From contig MCFE01000214.1 in assembly GCA_002104905.1 (NCBI GenBank), positions 1-64,000 of the forward strand: a stretch of 64,000 nucleotides of DNA. Reading direction: 5' to 3'. How positions within the stretch are numbered: the first letter of the stretch is position 1; each line of letters starts with the position of its first letter. A program made the position numbers and the translations under genes. The stretch comes from Basidiobolus meristosporus CBS 931.73. Its lineage: Eukaryota > Fungi > Basidiobolomycota. The notes below the pieces were generated by a model. That model was not told the DNA's origin, ran no database searches, and was given only the letters and a program-made list of their open reading frames with translations. Positions 10,200-20,660 of this stretch are shown here, in pieces.

Positions 10200-11361
10200 A
10201 TGGTGGAATTCGCCCCCCTCAACGTTCCTCTACAACGTAGACGTCAAACACTGAGTGTATTCTTGTGGGCCTCATTTTTACCAATATGCCTCACCTCCTT
10301 TTTGCTCTGCCTTTCGATCCCTATCTTCTGGCCTCTAATGATTATCTACCTCATTTGGGCCTATTTCGATAAAGCCCCAAGAGAGGGCTCAAGGAAGAGC
10401 GAGTGGATGAGGAGATTACCCCTATGGCGTTGGTTTGTGGAGTTCTTCCCTATCCAGATTGTTAAGGAAGCCGAGCTTGATCCCAAACACAACTACTTGT
10501 TCGGTATGACCCTGAAGATTCTACTACAATAGTTTGCTTGACTCTCACTCTGCTTTTTCAAAGGCTACCACCCTCACGGAATTATAGCCGTCGGGGCCTG
10601 GGGTGCCTTCGGCACCGAAGGCGCCAACGTTTCTGAAGTATTCCCCGGTTTGGATATCCGTCTGATGACTTTGGATAGCAACTTCAACGTTCCTTTCTAC
10701 CGAGATCTTCTTATGTCTTTTGGCTTGGCTTCTGTAGCAAGAAAATCTTGCAACAACATTCTCCAAAAAGGGCCAGGCCACTCCTGCATGATAGTGGTTG
10801 GTGGTGCTTCGGAATCACTGACAGCCTATCGTGGGACATACAATCTGATCCTCAAGAGGCGGTACGGATTCGTCAAGGTCGCCATGAGAAATGGGTAGGT
10901 AAAGTGCGAGGATAGAGCCATGATTACTGCTAACAAAATGAACCCAGTGCCCGTTTGGTGCCCGTTTTGGCTTTTGGCGAGACTGAAGTCTATGACCAGG
11001 TGAAATCAAAGCCCGGAACCTGGCTTCATGCGATTCAACAGAAGATTCAAATGATTTTTGGGTTTACCACACCTATTGCTATAGGGCGAGGGATCTTCGT
11101 TTACGATTTTGGGGCCCTGCCTCGTCGTTGCCCTATTCACATTGTTGGTAAGTGTACTTTTGCCGAAGCCTGATTCTTGTTTCTTCAATAACCAGGGTTT
11201 TAGTTGGCAAGCCAATTGAGGTCAAGCAAATGGATAATCCGTCGAACGATGATGCCAAGGTTTATCATGAGCAATATATGTCACAGCTCCAAGAGCTCTT
11301 CGACAAGTATAAAGATACCTACGCTGCAGATCGTCAAGGTGATCTCGTTTTTGTTGAATAG
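10200..11361 (+). CDS. DGA1: Diacylglycerol O-acyltransferase, DGAT2 family, 4 exons (~330 aa)
   Basis: VEFAPLNVPLQRRRQT N-terminus; spliced FG|YHPHGII (intron 10504-10563); IVVGGASE; G|ARLVPVLAFGE (intron 10895-10947); intron 11148-11203. Confidence 0.95.
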
Positions 11362-11735
11362 TCCAATCGACTTGTCTGAGTTAGGTTTGGGATTAGCATA
11401 GATCGATAGAAAGGCCCGTTTTGAATAAAGTTCTTCTATGCATATATATTTATTGATGAGGTATTGTGCAAAGTTGGCAGTGCAGCATATGCGATCATTT
11501 TGCTCTAATATTTACTCATCTGTGCCCCTTGTTAGATCGATATCATAATTGGTAATTCCTTGAAAATCAAGTGACTGTCACCGGATACATAGCTCACGGT
11601 GCGACACAGCTACGTTTCTACTATTTGAGATACACAACAGAGGGTTCTAATGTGTATAGCGAGTGATAGTCTTTAAACAAACTAAGCCTCTACAACTCCC
11701 TGCAATATCCAATATATATACACTTGAGATAGGCT

Positions 11736-13085
11736 ATGAGCAAGAACCGAGCAGAAGCAACACTCACCACCAGAGCAACCTTGTTGGATTCGGTACGAGA
11801 AGAAACTCGCCGATACGGCACTCATGCTTGGTATGGCGTGAAAGATGCCTGCTCCATCCCAACCACATTAATCATTATTTTTGGGTAAGTAGTAGCGTTT
11901 CTTCTTAGCCTTAAACCAGTGTCTTAACAAATATCCTATTCAAATAGTTCAAACACCATTCAAACTCGAGCACTTAAATGCTTTCTACTCAACGGCTTAA
12001 TTTTCCTCGGCAGCTTAACATTCTTTGAATATGTGATAATCCCCCTGATGTACTTCGTTTTTGGGAATACACTTATGTTAAATCCCTCGGGTGACGCCAC
12101 CCCTTTAGCAAGCACCATGAAATTTCTCACCAAAATGATATACCATGTAAGTAACTTTACTTTCTTCACTAGGAGCACTGAAATACTAACCTACGTTCCA
12201 GCTGTTTTGGGTGTATCCGATTTATTGCATAAGTTTTGTTCTGAACTCTACCTGGTATCAAGAAATTGCTGATCGAGCATATCGACTTCAAGTGGGAAAG
12301 CCAGAAGCAGTAGAGAAGTCGTACGACAGGTGAACCAGACAAAAGAAGCATTTTCAATGATGCATCGACACTAATGACCTTTTTGAATGTGAAAATTGAC
12401 TCAGTGTTTTGAATGGTATGGTGGAGGTCATATATGAGGCTTTTCTAATCCTCAATTATTTGATATTCGCGTCACTGGTCCACGCCATTCCAATAGTTGG
12501 CCCATTCATATCCTTCACCTATTTATGCTGGCTGAACGCCTATTATAGTTTTGAGTAAGCTTCAGACAGATTCTCTATGTAATCAGTATCAACGGGAGAC
12601 TAACAGCCGCCTATCAGATATAAATGGATCAACAAGGGATGGAGTCTTGACCAACGGCTGAATTATTTTGAGGAGCACTGGGCATACTTTGCTGGCTTCG
12701 GTATAGCACTTTCTCCGGGCTATTGCTATCATTTGAGTCTAAACATCCTACACAAACTTAGGGTTTCCCGGCACCATCTGCTCTTTCTTCTTTCCATCTT
12801 TCATCAATGTCGGTGTATTCGCACTGCTGTTTCCCCTGGTAAGATAACTGGAGCATCGCTCATGATAGCGTAACATCAAGACTGACACTCGACACTGTAT
12901 ACTAGTTTATTATAATGGCCAACAAAGCTGTACCAATGCCACAGCGGCCGTCACGTGCACGAGCTAATCTATCCATCCTCGAGAAAATGCCTATCTTTTA
13001 TCTTGCCAAGAAAACCAATCTATTCTGGATTCGTAAGCTAAACAACACGAGGAAAGCAAGCAAATCAAAGAGTAAATCCAAGTAA
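11736..13085 (+). CDS. EI24: EI24 (etoposide-induced 2.4)-like membrane protein, 7 exons; not in the ORF track
   Basis: Spliced motifs KCFLLNGLIFLGS, LFWVYPIYCISFVLNSTWYQEIAD, WLNAYYSFE|YKWINKGWSLDQRLNYFEEHWAYFAGFG, VFALLFPLFIIMA; all introns GT-AG. Confidence 0.88.
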
Positions 13086-13474
13086 GACGGACCACTAGAG
13101 TATTTATAAAGATAGTCGTATCGGATAATCGCTTGCACCCAAAACTACCTGACCTGCTACACAACCCAAAATTGAATACTGAATAATACACAGACCTTGT
13201 AACAAACTGCACCAATGCTTGAGGGGGAGTCTAAATCATACAAAGCTTGAGACGTACAATTTCTGTATTTCAGTGTAGAGGTAACTTCATTGCAATATTG
13301 CTGTCTTGCTGTTATCCGTGAACTACCAAAAAATATATTGCTGGGTATAACTAGCACACTTTATGATGATGCAAATGAACACAAAACCGAACACATGAAT
13401 ATGTAGATGTAGAAAGTCAAGTGACTCTTCTATTGCAGAGTGGATTGTAGTAAAAGTGAGTCACTACCAGGGTT

Positions 13475-14743
13475 CTAATTGTTGAAGCTACCGATGGTCT
13501 TCTTGGCTTTCTCGTAAACACCAAGGAAAATATATCCACCAATACTGATCCACATCACTCTCGGCCCAATACCTGAGAAGAGGGCACGCAGGCCCTCTTC
13601 AGCGTAGATGCGTCGCATAGTCCCGAAAATACCAGAATATTGATGGTGGCCCTAACACGGTAGTAATTTAGCAACAATTTCGTGATTGACTAATGAAAGA
13701 TACCCCAACCTTCACCGACAACATCAGTCTGGTTTTCACAACATCTAATGGAGTAGTGATAGCAGCAGCAACACCGCCAGCAAATGAACCACACAGACCT
13801 GCCTCCCACGGTTCAACCTTCCGGCCTTTGTAGCGACCCCATTCAACCTTGGGAGAAAAGGCAATTAGTAATTCCTCCGCATTCTCAAACAACAACAAAG
13901 CACACACCTTCAGTCTTTCGTACAATGGGAATTGAATACAAGTAAACGGAATCTGGGAAACAACAAATGAGGTTAACATCCGTTGTTCACCGTGGCTCAT
14001 GAAACGATCTCATTTATATCAACCTCACGGACAACTGTCGACAGATATCCTCTATAAAATCCAAGAACGCCATCGGCTCTCAGCAATGCTTTGATTGTAG
14101 CACTCATAGTGGAGTGTTGTTTGGTTTGCATTCTTTGCTTAATGACTTCGGTAGGCACTCTGACAAAACAGGCACTCTGGAAGTTACGTTGAAGGTCAAT
14201 GAACACAACACACGGGTCGTATGATTTGAGCGCAGTCTTACGATTTCTCCACCAGTAGCAGCAGCCATATGAACAAAGGGGGACTCGTTGGCCTCATTTC
14301 CGGACAAGGTCGTTTTCAAGGTTTCGTAGGTGACGAAGAAAGCAGCAGCTGCGTACGAATAGAAAACAGATTTCAATTCTCAAAGGAGCCTAGGTATTCT
14401 ATGGATAGAACAGATGCGAACCTCCAGGCGCTGAACCGATAACTGCCGAGGATAGTCCGGAATAGATACCGGAAAACCCGCCTGATTTGATAAACCCAGC
14501 TTTAGACTGAAGCCTGGTCTTAATGGTATCGAGGGGGAAAAGTGCAGTATCGACTGCGGTACCCGCCATGCCACCGGCCTATATGAACGGGTCGAGTGTA
14601 GGTGAGTAGTGGCAAACTAGAAGGTCAGGGTGAAGATCTCGGTGAGCGGTCAGAAGTATTACCAAAATAGATTGCTTCCAGCTCAAACCAGAGTTCTTGG
14701 TGATTTCTTTGCCTGAAGATACCGTTTCGACAGCTGAAGCCAT
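13475..14743 (-). CDS. PET8: Mitochondrial S-adenosylmethionine carrier (SLC25A26-like), multi-exon
   Basis: [24 protein letters not shown]; [13 protein letters not shown]; [14 protein letters not shown]; [16 protein letters not shown] (three PxDxxK carrier repeats). Confidence 0.92.
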
Positions 14744-15111
14744 TTCGGAATATTGAATAGAAAAGAGAAGCAGCAACTTGAGGCGAGCTAGTTTCTACGA
14801 GGTGGAATTGCCATTGTGGAACACATGACTAGAATTTTTAGCGTTCGATTTGGATTACAGTGTTCGGGAAAATCGATTTAGTTTTGATAGTAACTTATAT
14901 AATTGAAATCCTTTTTTTCGAAGTCCGTCAGTCAAATATTTGCTGGATCCGGGCCAAATGAAATTTCGCGGAATGAATTTGATGTATGAGAGAGCCTCCA
15001 ACTGAATTTGATGAGCTTGCTAATTTTTAGTCATTTTAGTCTCTGTCCAATTCTACTCTATAGATTCAACATAAAGCCTCTTTATAAAGAGGCGAAGTCG
15101 TTTGGAAAGAA

Positions 15112-17955
15112 ATGCTCTCCCGAGTTCGAACAACTACCCGGTTTTATTGTTGGCCCCGGCCTTGTCGACAGTCCCAAATTTCTATAAGTGTGGAGAGATT
15201 CCGATCGTTAGCATTAAGTCGAGCCTTACGCTCGTTGAGCCCACAGATTCGAGTATATAGTGTTCCCTCAAAATACTCCCCCAAGCTGCCAAAGCTGGAG
15301 CAGGTTACGCATACTGAACAGCATGAATTGTACCGTTGGCTTGCAGGGCTCGAAATCAAAGCCTCCACCTTTTCAAAGTCTCAGTTCTCTCCTCTGTTGC
15401 ATGAGCTAAGCCTAATTCAAAATGCAGCCGAAAGAGCCGAAAAATATCACCAAGTATTGGGCATCCTCAAGAAGTACGAATGCAACCTGGGAAGCAACAG
15501 TACAGCCTATACTGCTCTGTTCGAGATATACAACGCCCTGAGGTTGCCCAAATTGGCGGTGAGCAATTTTCGAGAGATGCAAAGACAAGGTATAAAAGTG
15601 GACGTTGATTCGTATGCTGAGCTATTCTCTATTCTTGGTAAACGCAGCTCCAAAGAAGTGTTGGAGTTGAAAAACACCATGATTAAGGACGGCATAGCCC
15701 CTAATGCTGGCGTTTATGATGCACTTATTAGAGCATACGGAAAGCAACGAGACTTCAAGAATCTAGATTCCGTGTTTATGGATATGCTTAGAAGTGGAAT
15801 CAAACCTACAGCGGTGCATTATGAGATTTTGGTGGCTTGTCATTATCATACCAGGATGCTAAATACTCGTCAATTAGAACAATGGCTGCGTGAGGTGAAG
15901 CACCAAAAGATTGAGCTAACCCGAGCCACCTACCTTACCCTCATGCGATGGTATTGCAACAGCCGACAAGCACAGAAAGTCAACACTCTCTACTCGGAGA
16001 TGCGCTCCCGGAAGATATACCCTGACCTTCATGCATTCAACACCTTACTGAATCTGTGTGTACGTAGTGGCGATATGGGCAGGGCTGCCTCCGTCTATCA
16101 AGATATGATTGAAGCAGGGGTCAATCCAGACATTGTCACATTCAACACTCTGATGGCTGGTTATTCAACCAAGAGAGATATCGCCAAAGTGGAGGAGCTG
16201 TACCAACAAATAGAAAAGCGGAGGCTCTCTCCTGATGTGACTACATTCAATATCTTGATCAATGCCTATGCTCGCATGTCGCAGATGTCACAGGCATTAC
16301 GCATATATCGGGACATTCAATGCTCCAACATTGTTCCTAATCACAGCACCTACAACACATTGATTCACCACCATCTCAAGAATGCAGACACTAGGCAAGC
16401 AAAGGAAATCTATCTGGACATGAGAAAGCAAAACATCATACCGGAGACCACCATCTATAATGCGATGATTGATGCCTATGTAAAGCAAGGCGACCACTCT
16501 ATGGCCAATATGATTTACAACGACATGATCAAGTCCCGAGTGGCGTTAGACCTTTTCACTTACTCCATCCTTATCAACCATTTTTCCCGCACCGGAGCAT
16601 ATGACAGAGTTTCGAAGCTTTACGAGCAGTTGAAGCACAGCCGGATGCGGCCTGACCATGTGATCTACAATTCGCTATTGAGTTCATTCATCAAAAGCCC
16701 GGACACGACTCAAGCCACACAGATCTACAACGAGATGATGGAGCGTGGAGTGGCACCCAATACCCGCACGTTTAACATTCTAATCCATGGACACTCACAG
16801 CACAAGGACTTTCAGAGAGCGCACCAACTGTTTCAAGACATGCTAAAGAGCGGTGTTGTGCCAGATATCACCACGTTTAACACTCTTCTACAGATGTACT
16901 TCGTCACGGACCCAAGCCTTGAAAAAATCCACCAAACCTGGAAGGATATGTCCACAAGGAAGCTGCTTCCGAACAATCATACGTATAGCATCATGATTCA
17001 TGGATATTCCGCACAAGGAGCAACCAACAAAGCCCAAGAGATGTACAAAGATATGCAGAAACAGGGGCTTATTCCCGACGTCCCAACATTCAATACTCTG
17101 ATCTCCGGTCTGGCAAAGAACTCCCAATTGGACTCTGCCATATCCGTATTGCACGAGATGAAATCGCAAGGATTCCAACCCAACATCAATACATATAACT
17201 CCCTGGTTGATGGATATGCGAAGGCAGCCGACTTCTCGAAAGCTTCGGATCTAGTTCAGGAAATGATGGCTAGTTGCATCCAACCCAACGTCGTCACCTA
17301 CACCGCCATGATCCACGGCCACACGCTTGTGGGTGATCTCGATAAGGCCATTGACTTGTTCAAGGAAATGAATGCAAACAGTATCACCCCTAATGCAGCC
17401 ACGTATGACACAATCATCGATAGCTATCTCAAATCAGGCAGAGTTGACGAGGGCATGTCGTGGTATGACAAAATGCAGGAAGCAAACGTCGAGCCTACCT
17501 CGCACACCTACTCAATCCTCATGGGTCACTTCAGTCGCAGCCGAGAGCTTTCCAAGGTGTTTGACATTTGGGAGAAAACGAAGGCCCGGTTCCCAGCTGG
17601 GTCACTGCACGCGGCCATGTCCTTGTTGATCGATGCATGTGGGTTTAGTGGCGATGGGGAGCTACTAAGATCCACCTGGGCAGGTCTCAAGACCGAGTTC
17701 CCATCCAGAATTGCCGAAAACACGTACAATTCATGCATCGAGGCCTACTGCCGACTGGGATTCTATGACGAAGCCAAGCTCGTGTTTATGAATGAATTGA
17801 AGGAGGACCATGTCCAACCAAGCGTGAAAACGGCTCGTACTCTGATATCCCCGCTAAAAAGCCAAGGCCTCGACTCGGATGTACAGGAGGTGATGAAATA
17901 TATACTACAGGAGTATCCGCATCTACATCCGCATCTACATCCGCATCTTGCCTAG
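15112..17955 (+). CDS. P-class pentatricopeptide repeat protein, 947 aa, about 20 PPR motifs, likely mitochondrial
   Basis: Intronless ORF with 35-aa repeats (e.g. PDIVTFNTLMAGY, PNVVTYTAMIHGH); Arg/Ser-rich, acid-poor N-terminus resembling a presequence. Confidence 0.95.
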   Translation: MLSRVRTTTRFYCWPRPCRQSQISISVERFRSLALSRALRSLSPQIRVYSVPSKYSPKLPKLEQVTHTEQHELYRWLAGLEIKASTFSKSQFSPLLHELSLIQNAAERAEKYHQVLGILKKYECNLGSNSTAYTALFEIYNALRLPKLAVSNFREMQRQGIKVDVDSYAELFSILGKRSSKEVLELKNTMIKDGIAPNAGVYDALIRAYGKQRDFKNLDSVFMDMLRSGIKPTAVHYEILVACHYHTRMLNTRQLEQWLREVKHQKIELTRATYLTLMRWYCNSRQAQKVNTLYSEMRSRKIYPDLHAFNTLLNLCVRSGDMGRAASVYQDMIEAGVNPDIVTFNTLMAGYSTKRDIAKVEELYQQIEKRRLSPDVTTFNILINAYARMSQMSQALRIYRDIQCSNIVPNHSTYNTLIHHHLKNADTRQAKEIYLDMRKQNIIPETTIYNAMIDAYVKQGDHSMANMIYNDMIKSRVALDLFTYSILINHFSRTGAYDRVSKLYEQLKHSRMRPDHVIYNSLLSSFIKSPDTTQATQIYNEMMERGVAPNTRTFNILIHGHSQHKDFQRAHQLFQDMLKSGVVPDITTFNTLLQMYFVTDPSLEKIHQTWKDMSTRKLLPNNHTYSIMIHGYSAQGATNKAQEMYKDMQKQGLIPDVPTFNTLISGLAKNSQLDSAISVLHEMKSQGFQPNINTYNSLVDGYAKAADFSKASDLVQEMMASCIQPNVVTYTAMIHGHTLVGDLDKAIDLFKEMNANSITPNAATYDTIIDSYLKSGRVDEGMSWYDKMQEANVEPTSHTYSILMGHFSRSRELSKVFDIWEKTKARFPAGSLHAAMSLLIDACGFSGDGELLRSTWAGLKTEFPSRIAENTYNSCIEAYCRLGFYDEAKLVFMNELKEDHVQPSVKTARTLISPLKSQGLDSDVQEVMKYILQEYPHLHPHLHPHLA
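17915..17948 (+). repeat. 12-bp tandem repeat (ATCCGCATCTAC x2.8) encoding C-terminal PHLHPHLHPHL
   Basis: Direct reading of the sequence. Confidence 0.9.
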
Positions 17956-18313
17956 AGTTCATTTACATTTTCACTTATTAGACTGTCGACTCATCTGTCA
18001 CTTCAACCGTTCAACCCTCCCCTCATCACATCATTTCGTACCCCCTAATGCCGGGGATGCGCGCAATTATTCCATTCACTTCCTCAGCATCCTTTATTTC
18101 AATCCCACCATATTCATTTCATTCCCCACCTCAACCCTCCTTCACTCTAGCGTGTTGTATAATTATTTGCACCCTTTGACATGACATTCCCACCCTCATA
18201 TCAAATCCAGCCAATCCCTCCTCCATCAGTGTAGAAATAAACGAGCGAGGTAAGCACACTCTATTTGGGTTGTATATATGTACAAGTGGGAGGGGGAAGC
18301 GCCTAGCTTATGG

Positions 18314-20494
18314 TTAATGAAGGAGTTTTCTCTGGCCGAGAATGGATTCCAGATACGCGTAGGTGGCGTCGTCAACCGTCTCTTGCTTTGGAGGTAGCGG
18401 ATTGATAAGTTGAAAAAGAGGCGGCTGGGAGGTCTCCAGGTAGTGGTAGATCTCCAGCAGATCGCTGAACCTTCGGTTCGCCCGTAAGGAATGGATCAGA
18501 ATCATGCATGTTTTGACGGTAGGGAGAACGCCGCAGCCATCCATCCCGCGGAAGACTTCAATGGCCCTGGAGAACGCACGATGTCGGCACAGCGCCTCCA
18601 GATAGGAGTTGTAATTGTTCTCGTTCAGCAGGATTCCTTCCTTATTTAGGGAATCCCAGGTGGTTTCTAGGGACTGAAGATCCTGGTGGAACCCGTGGGA
18701 ATCGATCAACACCGAGACGAGCGCAGTGAGTTCGTTTTTCGGGTAATGCGGCTTCACCTCCTCCCACAGCTCCATTAGCTTCTGGATCTGCCCGGTGAAG
18801 TTGTAATGATTCATCAGCACGGCGTAGGTGAATGTTGTTGGCGGGATATCCTTGGCAAGTAGCTCTTGGTAGAGCTTGAACCCGCTGTCGACCCGGTTGC
18901 TGCGAAAGCACGCCTCCATCAGGATATTGTAGGTGACCACGTCGGGCTCCAGCTTGTGCTTGGGAAACTCCTGGAAAATCTCGAATGCAGTCTGCATGTC
19001 CAGCGCTTTCGAGTAGCCAGAGAGCAGGGTATTGAGGGTGACAGCGGTTGGATGAAGTCCAGCTGCAACCAGATCTTTGTAAAGCATGGCTGCCTGCTTC
19101 ATGTCATAGGACTTGACAAAGCCATTGATAAGGATGCTGTAAGTAACGATGGAAGGCGGGCAGCCGAGGTGGCTCATGTCTCGAAACACCTGCATAGCTT
19201 TGGACATCTTGCAATTCTTCACATGGCCGTGGATGAGGTTGGTGAAGATCACCGTGTCGGGGCAAATCCGACGGTTCACCATGTCTTGATAGATGGTGTT
19301 GGCCGCATGGATCTGATCCCCTTGAATGAACCCGTTGATCAAGGTGCTAAAGGTGACCGCGTTTGGCGCGATTCCATGGCTCGACATCTCCTTGTAAAGC
19401 TGGTGGGCTTGAGCCAATTTCGAGTCCTTGACACAGCCGTGGATTAGCGTGGTGTAAGTAACCACAGTGGGCTGGACTCCCCGCTTTATCATGGACTTGT
19501 AGATGCCGATGGAGGCCTCGAAGTTCTTTTGTCGCATGAAGGTGTCGATCAACGAGTTGTACGTGACAGCGTCGGGCGGCACTCCCTTCCGCTGCATGAT
19601 GCGATAGACTTCCATGGCGCGATCCACCTGGGATACACCGGCGAATGCTTTGATCAAGGTGTTGAAGGTGATCCTGTCGGGCCACACTTTCCGCTCGCGC
19701 ATCTCCTTGTATATCTGCTCTACCTTGGCAATGTCGTTTAGCTTGGAGTACGCAGAGATTAGCGTGTTGAAGGTCACTACATCTGGCCCGATTCCCGAGT
19801 CGATCATCTCCCGATAAAACTGGGTCAACCCCACCGGATCCTGGTGAATCTTGGATGCCTTGAGTAGAGCGTTGAATGTACGATCATTCAGCCGGACTCC
19901 CCTCGACTCCATGTCCTTTTTGATCTCCCCCACCATGCTCACGCTTAGTCCTGAGAAGATGTTGATCATCTCGGTGAAGAATACGACGTCCAGCTGTTTG
20001 GAGAACCTCGTTTTGGCCAGGGTGTATTTCTCCGTCGCACGCTTCCACTGGCCAAGGGCGCCCTGGCAGGCGATGAGCGTGCTCAGGCCTCGCAGACAGT
20101 TGAATGCGTGTTGGTTCCCTTCGATATATCGCGAAATCTCCTTGTATTTGGCTGGGAACCGGGTTCTTGTTGGATCCTCCTTGAGCAAGAGTCGAACCAC
20201 ATGCGACAGGTGCTGGCTATCCACTTGTTGCTTAGGTAGCGAACGAAAGGCATTCCAGGTGAGCTCCACATTATTCAGCCTCAGCCCTTGGCGAAGCTCG
20301 CGGAGTCGTTTCTTCGTGTCGGTGGTGTCATGTTGGGCGCCTTCAGAGAGTGGTCGCGGTAAACTGGCAAAGGGTTTGACGCTTCTTGGGCTCGCCTTGG
20401 GTACGACGCTTGGCAACGCACGCCTGGGGGAGCTTCCGTGTGAAGGTGTGTAGAGACTGAGCCATTTGGTACACTGCTTGGTTGTCGAAGTCAT
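18314..20494 (-). CDS. P-class PPR protein, 726 aa from the first ATG, about 15 PPR motifs, likely mitochondrial
   Basis: Intronless; repeats PDVVTFNTLISAY, PDAVTYNSLIDTF, PNAVTFSTLINGF. The ORF-track start at 20554 is a GTG; the first ATG is at 20494. Confidence 0.94.
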   Translation of the reverse strand: MTSTTKQCTKWLSLYTPSHGSSPRRALPSVVPKASPRSVKPFASLPRPLSEGAQHDTTDTKKRLRELRQGLRLNNVELTWNAFRSLPKQQVDSQHLSHVVRLLLKEDPTRTRFPAKYKEISRYIEGNQHAFNCLRGLSTLIACQGALGQWKRATEKYTLAKTRFSKQLDVVFFTEMINIFSGLSVSMVGEIKKDMESRGVRLNDRTFNALLKASKIHQDPVGLTQFYREMIDSGIGPDVVTFNTLISAYSKLNDIAKVEQIYKEMRERKVWPDRITFNTLIKAFAGVSQVDRAMEVYRIMQRKGVPPDAVTYNSLIDTFMRQKNFEASIGIYKSMIKRGVQPTVVTYTTLIHGCVKDSKLAQAHQLYKEMSSHGIAPNAVTFSTLINGFIQGDQIHAANTIYQDMVNRRICPDTVIFTNLIHGHVKNCKMSKAMQVFRDMSHLGCPPSIVTYSILINGFVKSYDMKQAAMLYKDLVAAGLHPTAVTLNTLLSGYSKALDMQTAFEIFQEFPKHKLEPDVVTYNILMEACFRSNRVDSGFKLYQELLAKDIPPTTFTYAVLMNHYNFTGQIQKLMELWEEVKPHYPKNELTALVSVLIDSHGFHQDLQSLETTWDSLNKEGILLNENNYNSYLEALCRHRAFSRAIEVFRGMDGCGVLPTVKTCMILIHSLRANRRFSDLLEIYHYLETSQPPLFQLINPLPPKQETVDDATYAYLESILGQRKLLH

Positions 20495-20660
20495 CAAGCA
20501 TCCAATATCTCCCAAATACTCCGCTGTTGTAGACGAATGAATAATTTTACCCACTCAAAATAAACAGATGGGCGAGAGCACGTGACCTTTTATTGAACCA
20601 TCTATCAAGAAAAATATACAAAAATTGACCAGAAAGTAGCGAGCGAGGGCAGCCAGCGTT

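Noticed and set aside
18866-20453. Long antisense ORFs over the PPR genes (also over LYS2, YET3 and the Zn2Cys6 gene)
   Set aside because: Shadow frames expected opposite GC-rich coding sequence; no recognisable motifs.
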